Of a stretch of DNA of 64,000 nucleotides, positions 14,521 to 26,349 are shown one piece after another; the first letter of the stretch is position 1; the number at the start of each line of letters is the position of its first letter. The stretch lies in assembly GCF_009914755.1 (NCBI RefSeq), contig NC_060944.1; one strand, 5' to 3'. Made by a program: the position numbers and the translations under genes. This stretch comes from the human T2T-CHM13v2.0 reference genome, Homo sapiens. The notes below the pieces were generated by a model. That model ran no database searches. It had not been told where the DNA came from and saw nothing but the letters and a program-made list of their open reading frames with translations.

Positions 14521-15908
14521 CTTGGGAAGTGGGTGGTGACTTGTTCCTTGAACACCATTGGCCTTGTGTTCTCGACACACACAGACACACACACACACAC
14601 ACGCTGGCAGGAGGCTTCGCTCTGGACTCATCTTTATAAGGGCAGCGTTCCGGGCTGGGTTTCTAGAATCAGAACGTGGGCCAGCATTCGTGTTCATTGG
14701 ACGGTAAGGGAAGAGGGTGGGGATGGGGAACAGAGCTGAGCCAGGATGAGCCCCACTGCATGACGACAGCATGAATGACCCCCAGAGTGGGTCTCTCCAG
14801 GAGACAGGAGAAAAGGACCCGCTGTGGGTCCATGTCACTCATTGCAGGGAGCAGGGGAGTCTTTCTGGGAAGGTGGCTCTCCTTGGTCTGAAGGATCATG
14901 ATACCTGCAAGCTGGCTCCCCCATCTACCCTAGTAACATCCAAAGGCACCCCCAGAGCTGCAAGGAGTTCAAGAGCCAGGCACCACGCCATGAGTGCCAC
15001 TCAGTGGCTGTCAGTGCAAATGCCCAGCAAGACCTTCTGGGACAGGATGCAGCAGCTGCAGCCTGGAACCTGCTTTCTCCTGTGAACAGAGGCAGCCTGA
15101 GTGGAGGAAATAGCCCTGCGCTGCAAAGACTCGTTGGCAGTGACAGTCGGTGCCAGGGGCTGGCTGCAGACAGTCGTTCCATGCAGGGATTTGGCTGAGG
15201 CAATGCTGACTCGGGTAAAAGGGCTTTATGCTGTTCAAGGGCTCTTGACAAATCGCCTGTATCTTTTTAGAATTCTGCAATTCATAAGCGCAGGTTATTT
15301 TGACAAAACTTAGTGTCTTGGTTGTCAGATTCAAGAGAAAAAGCACAAAATTAAGGCTTATCGAAATATGCAGAAAAACACGTTGCCCAAGGCCTGAACA
15401 TGGCCAGTCATGAGATGCCTGTGACAGATGAGAAAGCACCTGTCATTTCATGTTGAATTTTTGAGGAAGGCTTATTTCAATGAATTACATTTTTTTAAAA
15501 AAAAAGATTGCTATATCTTGCAGTAAAAAACACTAGACTTTACCTGCGGTAAAACACTAGACTCTAAAGCTTCTCCTTCCCACCTGCACGGTGGCAGTCA
15601 GATAATCAGATGCTCAGAGACAGGTTCCCACAGTCCCACAGCCCACATCTACTCAATCCACAGCCCTCATGGCACCCTCCTACCCAGGAGCACCTGGAGA
15701 ATGTCCTGATGCTGTATGGGGCTGAGGGAAGTACCTGCGGAAACACAGCACATTTCCCCAGAAGGCTGCAGAGGTCTCTGCTACTCCGTGGAATCCTAGA
15801 ACCCCAGCTCTGCGAAAGGGAACGAGGCCTATGAACTACTCACAGGAGCTAATTAGACATGCAGGAATTTACTTAATTAAATAGTTACGTATTGAACAGA
15901 TGGGCTGT

Positions 15909-16533
15909 TGTCAGAGGTATTCGAACCAGAGCGACTCCATCTTGAATAGGGGCTGGGTAAAATAAGGCTGAGACCTACTGGGCTGCATTCTCAGAAGGTT
16001 AAGGGGTCATGGGGTGAGATAGGAGGTTGACACGTGAAACAGGTCACAAAGGCTTTGCTGATAAAACAGCATGCAGTAAAGAAGCCAGCCAAATCCCACC
16101 AAAACCAAGATGGTGACGAAAATGACCTTTGATTGTCCTCACTGCTCATTACATGCTAATTATAATGCGTTGGCATGCTAAAAGACACTCCCACCAGCGC
16201 CATGAGAGTTTACAGATGCCATGCAATGTCTGAAAGTTACCCCATATGGTCTAAAAAGGGGAGGAATCCTCAGTTCTGGGATTGCCCAACCTTTTCCCAG
16301 GAAACCCATGAATAATCCACCCCTTGTTTAGCATATAATTGAGAAATAACCATAAAAACAGCCAACCAGAAGCCCTCAGGGCTGTTCTGCTTATGGAGTA
16401 GGCATTCTTTATTCCTTTACTCTCCTAATAAACTTGCTTTTACTTTACGCTATTGATTTGCCTTGAATTCTTTCTTGAGTGAGATCCAAGAACCCTCTCT
16501 TAGGATCTGGATCAGGACCTCCTTCCAGTAACA
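15909..16533 (+). mobile_element. MER41 solo LTR (MER41B-length, 625 bp)
   Basis: Starts 'tgtcagaggtattcgaaccagagcgactccatcttgaatagggg' (MER41 5' end), ends 'ccagtaaca'; AATAAA near 16427; TSD ctgt/ctat. Confidence 0.85.
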
Positions 16534-17882
16534 CTATGGGCCAAGCAGGGTTTTAGACAGCAAGTCTGTCGTAACAAAAAGATCTCGGAAAATAGAGTGT
16601 GGTTTGTAGCTATCGTTACTGACAGTCTTCTCTTGAACACGGTCACAGAGTTCTGGAAACTTAACACAAACAGATATTTTTAAGAAACTGTGTTATTTCT
16701 AACAGTTGTGTTATTTCTAATAACTCGCAAATAAGTCATAAACATATCTCAAAAGAAAAGTATACATGGGAGAAGTCAAATGTGGACTGGGAGGGCCTCC
16801 ATTGTGGCCCTTTAAAACACAGACAAGGTGTTGTAGCACAGCAGTAAGCTTTTCTGGAGGCATTTCCTTCAGGCTCACCACCCATTGTTTGGAAGGAAAA
16901 GTGAGCACATTTACCACCCCTGGCAGAGATCTAAGGTCCTGATTTCAGCCCACAGCACTTCAAGCTAATCAAGAGACTCTGGTATATTGCACTGTTTATA
17001 CATCCAAAGCCACACCTGTTATAGTGAAGCCCTCTGTATTATCTTAGTAACTTGTATTTGCAGAGGAGGAAGAGCTTTAAAATAACAGCCATTATCTTGT
17101 GTATTTGGCATCTCCAAAGTATTGTCCAGATCTGCACATTGTAACAATGCTAAAATTACCAGGAAAGATAGGCATCTCCGTAATACCTCAGAGTTGCTCA
17201 GTGAGGCAGGCAAAGCAAAGAAAAGGGAAGGTAGTGCCTCCCCTAAGTCCAGGCAGCCTCACCCATGGCAGGACAGAGGAGAAGGCACCCTGCAGGACAG
17301 AAGAAAGAGTATCTTTTTGATGGTGTAAGTCTACTGGAATGCTAATTGCACATGTGGATTAGACACTATTTTTACCACCCCCCCCCAAAAAAAAAACCCA
17401 GGTTCTTTTGCTTGGCAAGTAAGAAATCAATCTCCTTGAGACTGTAGGTTTGATCAACAGGAGTTTTATTACTTGGCACAAATAAGCATGCTGTTGGGAG
17501 TACTCTCCAAAGCCATGTCTCCCTGAGGGAAAGTGACAGGAGGACTTCATGGGGAGATGGAGAGAAGAGAGGACGCGTCATGGCATGTGGAGGAGGAGCC
17601 TCAGTGGTGCAGACACAGCGAGTCATCACACCAGCACATAGGTTGCATGTTATGGTGATGAAGCTGTGGCTCATCCCAGGATGGAGACACTAGCATGGTC
17701 ATGAGGAAAGTTCACTCGGGTTTGTCTATAAGCTGCTGAGGTCTACTGAGAGCTGGTTCCAAGCAATAAGACAACTGCATTCCACACAAAATGCAGGGCA
17801 GTAGGCTGTAAAACACGCTGATTGTTCAAGGCGATTACATTCCTATAATCACTCCAGACCCTCTGGAGTGGAGAATCATCTC

Positions 17883-18150
17883 TGTCCCATAAAAGACAAA
17901 GAACTTCACTTGAATCCTCCAAAGATGGTGACAGGTGGATGTCAAAGAAATGTAGGCATGGAGATTGTGGGGTTTGCTCTGGTACCGTTGGTGCCAGTAG
18001 GAAGGGAAAGAGGGGATGTCGAGTTTCCATCCCAGGGGGCAGCAGTGAGAGAAGGAACATGCCTGGGGGCAGTGGAGACCCTCTTCAGACAGACACCAAT
18101 GGCCAACCAAAGTCAGGAGCACTGGTTCTCAAACCGAAGCACCAGCAGAA
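17883..18150 (+). repeat. Direct duplication, copy 1 (of 21841-22107)
   Basis: 268 vs 267 bp; by eye only a 1-bp G-run indel and one C/T difference. Confidence 0.97.
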
Positions 18151-18275
18151 AGAGACCCTCTCTTTCTGTTCATGCTGTCAGTAGACTGAGGTCTGAAAAA
18201 AAATTAGAGCTGCCTTTGCAATGATTTCATCAACAGTTGAACAAGTTAAATGCATTGCTTTGTCCTATTCGGTTG

Positions 18276-18704
18276 TGTCAAAGAATTAAAAGGTAAAGAT
18301 GAACCTCTAAATTTAACATTTTATTTGGGAAGAAAGAATTGCAAGACCACATATTGGGTGGTTTTCGGTGTGTCTAAAGAACAAAGAGATGGTTGGAGGT
18401 TTTATAACAAAGAGAAGTGTTATGTATTGCTCTTTGAGAAAGTTCATTGGCACTAGTACAGTTCCGGTGAGGTGGCAACTTTTGATTGGTAAGTAATGGA
18501 ATGGGTATAATTGGTCTTAGAGTTGCAGCAGGTCATTTTAGCAGCTATTAGATAAAACTGGTTTCAGGTTACAGCAGCCAGGCTTGCAGAAAATTATATT
18601 CTTGGAGCAATGTTATGCATCCTGAGCACCTTTCCCTCTTGGCTTCTTGGCGGTTTTATTTGGATATGATAAGAATGACCCGATTTGTATGATCAACTTT
18701 CACA
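18276..18704 (-). mobile_element. ERV1 solo LTR (MER65-like)
   Basis: TG...CA ends; perfect 4-bp TSD 'gttg' (18272-75 / 18705-08); minus strand starts TGTGAAAGTTGATCATACAAAT. Confidence 0.7.
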
Positions 18705-19010
18705 GTTGTTTCTTGTGTGTCTTTCTGGCTCTAAGCATTTCTAACACCTTAGAATAGCAAATATGGAAGAAAAACCAGCAAAACATGATACTCTTTAGTC
18801 AGCAGAAAGAAGAGAAAATGCAGAATGCTCATGGACATCTAGCTCCAGTGATGGGGGCTGAAGGGAGCTGAAGGGAGCACCAGCAAGTGAATGAGGGGTG
18901 AGGGGTGAGGGGTGGGGGACCGCAGGCCCCTACTCCATCTTTCTCAGCCTTTCTTTTTCATTCAAAAGACCACTAGGATGGCTAAATAGTAGAAAGGAGT
19001 ATTTTATTGG

Positions 19011-19949
19011 TGAAGCCATCCTCACAGGGTTAGCAAGAATTCTGGACAGAAATAGAGTTATAATTAAGCATTAATCAGCCTGCACTTTGACCCACTTCCT
19101 TGTAACTGAAAGTCATGCAGCACTGATACTGACCACTGGCATCCCTATTGTTCCTATGAATAGGATTTCTGATGTTAGAATCATAAGGCTTTTGTTTAAG
19201 AACTGCCTAGGGTGTTTTCCAGATCCCAGATTCCTACTAAACACCCACCAGCATGAAGACCCCCATAGAAGAACAGAATCAGCATGAGAAACAGTTTCAC
19301 CACTTCCCCATCCCATGACTTCACCCTGCACTTTTCAACCAACCAACCGTCCCCACACTTCAGCCCACTCCAAAACCGTTAACATCCCTTATACCAAACT
19401 CCTCGGTGTAAGGTTCTTGTATCGGTTCAAACCCCCAGAGCACGCCAACAGACAACAGGAGGCAGTGTGGAGCAATATGCTGTTCTAATGAGTGCCTGCG
19501 TGCAGGCAGGCTGAGGCCTAAAATGGAGTCAGCCCCAAGTGAGGACGGGGCATAGGTTTTACAGTCTCCTGTAAACAGGAAGTGTCCTAGTATAATGTAA
19601 CTGCTACATTGTACACAGACGGCCTCTTTCTCGATCTTCAGGGGTACCTGTCTTCCGGCCAGGGTAGGTGTCTTCTGGCCGGCTCTCTTCCTGCTTCTGC
19701 TGACTTGCTGATGCACGCTGCTGACACAAGTGGCCTTGCGCCCTGGGACTGGGCCTGAGAAGGGAGGAGTCATTCATCTCCTTAAGCTTTCAGGCCCCAG
19801 AGAGAATTGTACACTTGGAGAGATGGATTTAAGGTTCCTTCCCATCTTCTAGATCAGGGTCCTAGGATTCAATCTCCTTCTCTTTGTGAATTGGTGTCTT
19901 GGCGGATTGACTAGCCCTGTGCCTCGTTCATGGATTTATTTCAGTTACA
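19011..19949 (+). mobile_element. ERV1 solo LTR nested in the previous LTR and itself interrupted
   Basis: 'tgaagccatcctcacagggttag...' to 'cagttaca'; TSD ttgg/ctgg; halves rejoin as 'aaactcctcgg|agagatggattt'. Confidence 0.65.
19407..19813 (-). mobile_element. Solo LTR copy A (tentatively LTR18/ERVL-like)
   Basis: TGTAAGG...TACA ends; 5-bp TSD ctcgg/cttgg; homologous to 20981-21367. Confidence 0.8.
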
Positions 19950-20980
19950 CTGGCAATATAAGTTTGCAAACCAGGAAGAGACTGTCTCCAGCATATGACA
20001 TTGGCGCTCTCTCTTTGAAGAGGGAAGGGGCAGAATGGATTTTATGTCTCACAGGGCCTGTATCACACGATAGAGTTACATGTACTCAGTAGGTTTGGGG
20101 GAAAGCTATGCATGTGGAGAGGGGAGGTGAGCACACGCACAATAGGCACAGATGTATTACCATGCATTCCGTGCTCCCTTTGGGGTGGGGTTTCAGCATA
20201 AAAATAAGGTAGAATGTGGCTTTTTCCATCAAAAAGTGAACTGTAGGAGACAAACACAATGTGTGCCCAGTCTCTGTAAGCTGCTGGAACTGATTTGACG
20301 TCTTCAGTTGCTTATCAGAAAAGAATGTTTCTAAGGTCCTCTGTCCAATCAGAGTTGTGGTGGTCTGGGTTGTAAATCGGAGGTAGGAATTTGCCTGATA
20401 GCTCTTATTGTTAGGGAGTTTAGCAAGGGTGTGCTTTTCTTGTAGCCCTAGGAATTTAAGGAGTTGCTCCACCAGAGAAGAAAACTTTTCTGTTTTCTTA
20501 ACCTTAAAGTCCACCTTAGTTGATAAAGGGCATCTATTTTGGTCTCTCCGATCTCAGTTTCATGTGCTACATTGCAGTATGTATGAAAAGAAACAATTGT
20601 CTTTATCATTTCATTTTTTTTCTGATTTCAAGTATAGTTCATGCTTGTTACAGAATATTTGGGGAAAAGCAGATCTTTTTAAAAGAAATACTACCCATCA
20701 TCTCACTACTAAAAAATAACTATGTTAGTTACTAAAATTGTTCTTCCTATATGTCTATACGCACTTTTGAAAAGTAAATTTCCACAGAAAAGTTGTAACA
20801 ATAGTTCAAAGACTTTCATGTACTCCTTTCTCACATTCACTTGTTTACATTTTCCATTATGTGATTCTCTTCCTGTCTAAAACACTTGACAGTAAGTTAT
20901 AGACATCCTGCAAACTTACTCTCTAAATATTTCAGCTGGCTTTTCTTAAGAACAAGGACATTCTCTTACATAAAGAAAAT

Positions 20981-21367
20981 TGTAAGGTTCTTGTATCGGT
21001 TCGAATCCCGAGAGCGTGCCAACAGACAACACGAGGCGATGTGGAGCAACATGCTGTTTTAATGAGCGCCTGGGTGCAGGCGGGCTGAGGCCTAAAATGG
21101 CGTCAGCCCCAAGTGAGGACAGGACAAAGGTTTTATAGTCTCCTTTAAACAGGAAGTGTCCTAGTCTGACGTAATTGCTACGTTGTACCCGGATGGCCTG
21201 TTTCTCAATCTTCAGGGGTACGTGTCTTCTGGCCGGCTCTCTTCCTGCTTCTGCTATCTTGCTGGCACAGGCTGCTGATGCAAGTGGTCTTGCACCTTGG
21301 GACTGGGCCTGAGAAGGGAGGAGTTACTCATCCCTTTAAGCTATCAGGCCCCAGGGAGAATCTTACA
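20981..21367 (-). mobile_element. Solo LTR copy B (same family), inserted in an L1M fragment
   Basis: TGTAAGG...TTACA ends; perfect 5-bp TSD 'aaaat' (20976-80 / 21368-72); minus-strand TATAAAA and ATTAAA intact. Confidence 0.85.
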
Positions 21368-21840
21368 AAAATCAAGAAATTTCACATTGAACAGTACCAG
21401 TATGAAATGCACAGGCCACATTTGAATGCTGCCAATTGTCCCAACTAGGGTCTTCCTAGACCCTCTCCCTCTCCTCGGCACCTGTCACTTGACCCGCATG
21501 TTTTTGAAGAGTAGAGATCATTTATTTAGTAGAACATTCCTCAGCTTGGGTTTCCTGATGTATCCTAAGGAACAGATTCAGGCATGCATCTGGGGCAGTG
21601 ATGCTGCAAACAGGACTGGTGCTCTTGTCAGGGCATCACATCCGCTATTACGTGATGCAGGTTCATCCCAGTGTTGCTGATTTCAGCTTTCATCACTTGG
21701 TTTAAGGTGTTGCTCACCAGGTCTCTCCACCAGAACTGTTACTATTTTTCCCTTTGATATACCTATTTTTAAAAGTGAAATTCCCAGTCATTTTATCTTA
21801 CATTGACCGAGAATGTTACTATGACTTTAGAAAACAGCTT

Positions 21841-22107
21841 TGTCCCATAAAAGACAAAGAACTTCACTTGAATCCTCCAAAGATGGTGACAGGTGGATGT
21901 CAAAGAAATGTAGGCATGGAGATTGTGGGGTTTGCTCTGGTACCGTTGGTGCCAGTAGGAAGGGAAAGAGGGGATGTCGAGTTTCCATCCCAGGGGGCAG
22001 CAGTGAGAGAAGGAACATGCCTGGGGCAGTGGAGACCCTCTTCAGACAGACACCAATGGCCAACCAAAGTCAGGAGCACTGGTTCTCAAACCGAAGCACT
22101 AGCAGAA
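21841..22107 (+). repeat. Direct duplication, copy 2 (probable donor; runs into a MER5-like element to ~22260)
   Basis: Near-identical to 17883-18150; continues 'ggttctcaaa...cagattcc...gcatttct' typical of MER5. Confidence 0.95.
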
Positions 22108-24698
22108 TCCTCTGGAAGGCTTGCTAGATGCAGATTCCTGTGCCCCAAGAGTATATAATTCAGAGCATGGAGGGTAGAGCCCAGAATGTGCATTTCTAGG
22201 CAGACTCAAGAGAATGCTGAGGCTCCTGGTCTAAAGATCCCAATTTGACAACCAGAGGCCTAAAAGAACAACACTTGGGCCATTCTTGGGCTTCTCTGAA
22301 AGATGAGTGTCAAATCAGTCACTCAGCAAATATTTATTTTTAGCATGAATTTTGTTACTAAAACAGAAGAGTTGAAACCTGCTGGTGTAATTGCATCTAA
22401 CGCTATGAAAAGACATCTCCAAGAGCTACTCCAGATTCGGTCTTTGAAGATGATTGCCAACCCCTTGCCATCCTGTAGCCAAGCTTCCAGGGGGGTTGCA
22501 GAGAGTGCGTACGTATAAACCTTAAGCACACCTTCTTTTACTCTGAACATGGCTCCATCCACACTTTTCCAGCCATATTGAACTGTGTGAACAGTGTTAA
22601 CAGCCAAAGATTCTCCAGTCCAGGCACCCACCCAGAATCCAACTCTTATTGCCAAGTGAGACTACTGAGGGCCAGAACAGGCAGGAGAGGGGAGGTCAAG
22701 AGAAGCAAAGGCAAGGGGCCCTCTGCTCCAGCCTCACAGAAAAAAAAATGAGTCCTTAGATTGTCCCCCATCCACCCATGCACATGGTTCCATCCTGCCC
22801 ACCTTCTCTGATCTAGAGGAGAAGGCTGAGTAATTATCCGAATTCTCTCCCATCGTGAAGTCTGTCCCAGGCCCCAAGCTGAAGGAGGTTTGTCTTCCCT
22901 GCTCCCTGAGTCACTGACCCAGGCTCAGGTCTGGCTGTCATCGCATTGGGAGAGCTCTTTGCTTACCTGCCTGTCTCTCCTCCCACAGCAGAGTGAGTTC
23001 TCAAGAGTAAAGGGCAGGATTTCGTTTTCACCTATCCCTCAAAATGCTTTATCCAATGTCTGGAGCTTACAAAAACCTAGATGGATGAATGAATTAATAA
23101 ATAAATGAACAGGTAGCCAAGGACTCCAGCCCTAGAAAGCCAGTGGGATTACAAGGCAGAAATCCCCTGTCTCAGGAGCCTAGGTGCCAGCCCAGGAGCA
23201 GCACGGCAGGAGAGAGAGAAAAGCCACATGTCAGGGGTGTGGGCTGGGGACTCAAGTTAAAGGACAAAGCAAGAAGTCAGTCCTAACCTGTGTTAGGAAG
23301 AAGGCAGGCCCAGTGCTCAGTGTGTGCTCAGCTTGAAGACAATCAGTCCCAGAGCTGAGGAAGGGGTTCACTAGTGGGCAGGGGTTATGGGATGTATAAC
23401 TCTTCAGTTATGGGAACTGCAGGGCAGGGAGCCAGATGGCTCAACCTAACCTCAAGAGCAAAGGAAATAGGTCCCATTTCCCACACCCCAAACTTCCCCA
23501 TTAAATACTAAACTATACAGACTGGCTCTAACCAAGTTCTCACAGTTGCCCACTTCCCATACTCTGCTTTATCTTGACAAAACTTGGGTCAGACTTTTCT
23601 TTTCTATGGCTCTTTTGTATAAAAGAATAATTAAAATGCAAATAAATCCATGAAGTGTCATGCAGGATGAAAACTCATTCAACATGCAGCATCAGTTCAC
23701 AAGATCAGAATCTCTTTTTTCTGAGAGGTCAAGATTGAAAAACTGGAGAAATTTCTTAGAGGAAGATGAGAAGAGAGAGAGGCCATGTAGACAGTCCTGG
23801 ATGGCCAGTTCCGACTCCTGCCTTCCCATTCAAAACAGCACTTGGAGAAGCTTCAGGTCCTTGGAGGCACTGTTGAGACTGGCTTCGTTTTCTAGAAAGT
23901 CACAAATTTCTAGAAAATGGGAGAAAGTTACAAGCCTTTCTCCCATTGATCTTTCCTCACTGGGCTGCCCATTCTCCAGCTGCTGGTTTTGCAATTGCTG
24001 TTCCATTTTTCTGAGTAGAATTTACATTAACAGCACATTTCAGTGACAGTACTAATGATTCTGGCACTTCCTAAAGGGCATAAACTCTGTGAGCCATTAG
24101 CAATAAAAGGAGCTGTCAAGCATCACTCTGGATACACTCAGCCGGTGGCATAATCCACTTCGCTGAATATTCAGAATATATAGACATATATAATTAAATG
24201 ACTTTATTAGGGTGACTGTTTTCTGCTGAAGTTATTTGAGTCATGCTTGATGACTTTTTTCAATATAAGTGATTTATAAGATTTATAGAGAGACTACTGC
24301 TACTAACAATGATGAAACCAGTTATGCAATCCATCCTTGTTAAATGAACTTTTACCAAGGCTGTCTCCCTGTCCTTACCCTACAGGACTGTACCCACTCC
24401 TGCCCATCCACAGAGGGTGGGCAAAGTGTGTTAAATGGCACTGACCCCTGATGACACTAATTGAACCAGGCCTGGATACTGGACCCAAGCTGGATCCATC
24501 AGATTCCCTTCCCTCGTCATCTGAACTTGGACCACTGAATATAATTTATTCAGAAAGTGGTGGATGACCAAGAGGTAACACTTGAGGTTGGGGTCAGCTC
24601 AGAGCCAAATGCAAATATAGCAAGCAGCTTTGCTGAGAAAAAAAATAGGGTACACTGAAAAAGCATGGTAGAGGTGAGTGAGACTGAGTGGTTTCCCA

Positions 24699-25190
24699 GT
24701 GTTGGGAGACAATTCTCCATGGCCTTTCCATTTCTGCACATCTTGTGAGCTAAGACTCTGACAGCATCTCCTCTGAACTGTCCTTTCAAAGATGTTTGTC
24801 CAGCAAGAGCCTTAGGAAACAGAGATACTGTCTCCTTCTACAGAGGGAAGATTAGTATTCAGATCAGGATGATAAAGACAATATCTTTCTCTGGGACAAG
24901 GTTTGGGAAAGTTTGCTATCAGCCCCTTGTAAGATTAAGTCTTCTTAAATGCAAGGTTCCTCAATTCTGTGCAGTGTCCACGTGGACCCACCCACATACC
25001 ATGAGCTGTGGGAATGGGAAGAGGGGTAAGGGGAACTGGTGCCCACACTGACTGCTGGGCCCTAAGTAATGAAGCCCTAGGTGTCTAACCGAGGAGTGCC
25101 CTGTCTTCTGCTAGCATCTGTGAAATTGTGGGAGGTTACCTGGTTCGTTCTCAAGTAGAGTAAATCTTCAGCCCTTCATAGTCCTTGACA
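24699..25190 (+). mobile_element. ERVL solo LTR (LTR47-like)
   Basis: Starts 'tgttgggagacaattctccatgg...tttctgcacatcttgtgagc', ends near 'ccttgaca'; family recalled from memory. Confidence 0.55.
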
Positions 25191-26349
25191 AAGCGTTGAG
25201 AAATTGACTAGTGAGTGACTCAAACTATGCAGTAAATAATAGTAGAGAGCATGGTGTACTAACAAAACAAAAACCCATTTCTAAACTGAGAAGTTTGTAA
25301 TCCATCCAGAACCATTGTTATAATGAGCTCTTTTCGCTTCCAAATAGATTTGCAAGAACTTGTATTGAGTCTATTTTTAAAAATATGCATTATACTCTGA
25401 ACACTGAAAAGGCAGAGTTTTCTAAGTATTGATTCCTGTGTCATTCAATTGTGAGAGCATTTGAGTTTCAAAAATGTTTTCAAATGCTCCTGTAATTTTC
25501 CTTGTGGGGTGGTGGGAGGAGTGAAAGTTTACTTTCACTGTTGGTAAAATGTCTAGGAACAGAAGGTCTGAATTAATAGCCTAGTTCCTGCAATAGCAAT
25601 GATTATAAGGGTAAGTTTGAGAACATAAAAGGTTCAGGATCCTAGGCTAAGCATGATACGTATGTTAAATGAGTAAACTGTTTTGAACAGAGTTGAGCAC
25701 ATAGTAAGTGCAGCATAAATATTTCTTATTCTTATCATTACCTTATCTCATTCAATGAAATACAAACTCTTGTGTTCATCTCTCAGAGATGAGAAAATCA
25801 AGGCTTAAAGAGGTCAGTAATTTGCCCAAGGACAGTGGTTAGAGTATTTTTGGCTGCAAGCAATAGAAAATGCAATGAAACACTAATGTTAATTGTTTTA
25901 CGTAGAAAGAAATTCAGATTGGCTGCCTTATCAGCTCTCACTATGATCAAGTAGCCTGGTTCCTTTCTGCTGTTTTCCTTGTCATCTTCAGTGGATCAGC
26001 TATCACACTGGACAAGCTTCTCACCTCATAGTCACAGGGTGGCTGCAAGAGCCCAACCTTTCCTAGAAGTTGCCTCTGCAGATTTCCCCGCATGTCTCAT
26101 CAGTCATGGTTGGGCCACGTGTCCACCCCTGAAGTGATCCCAGGTTCCAGAGAGGAAACCAATGTTGAGCACACAAATACATTTCAAGTGCTGTCCTACA
26201 CAAAATCAGGGATCTGCCCACGAGGAAGAAGAGGCGGTGGAGCTTGGAAGGTATGCAACCATGGCTGAGACTGTAAGAGCCACGGTGGAACTCCAGGTTC
26301 TGAACCTCAAAGGTTCCACTTTCCATTGTGATGAAAGCATCTCAGGACT

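Larger units (their letters stand above)
18950..20562 (-). mobile_element. ERV1-type LTR interrupted by nested LTRs
   Basis: Sequence appears to read through across the insert ('ttttattgg|caatataagtttgc'); ends 'gatctcagtttca'. Left boundary approximate, family not determined. Confidence 0.55.

Noticed and set aside
15519-16720. Short imperfect direct repeats (near 15519-15563 'aaacactagact' x2; 16689-16720 'tgtgttatttctaa' x2)
   Set aside because: Ordinary slippage micro-duplications with no further structure.
19407-21367. Two LTRs read as one internally deleted provirus
   Set aside because: Each LTR has its own TSD, and the intervening DNA continues the host LTRs and L1 rather than ERV internal sequence.
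23660-24046. 128-aa ORF as a possible pseudogene or microprotein
   Set aside because: No recognisable homology, poly(A) tail or TSD.
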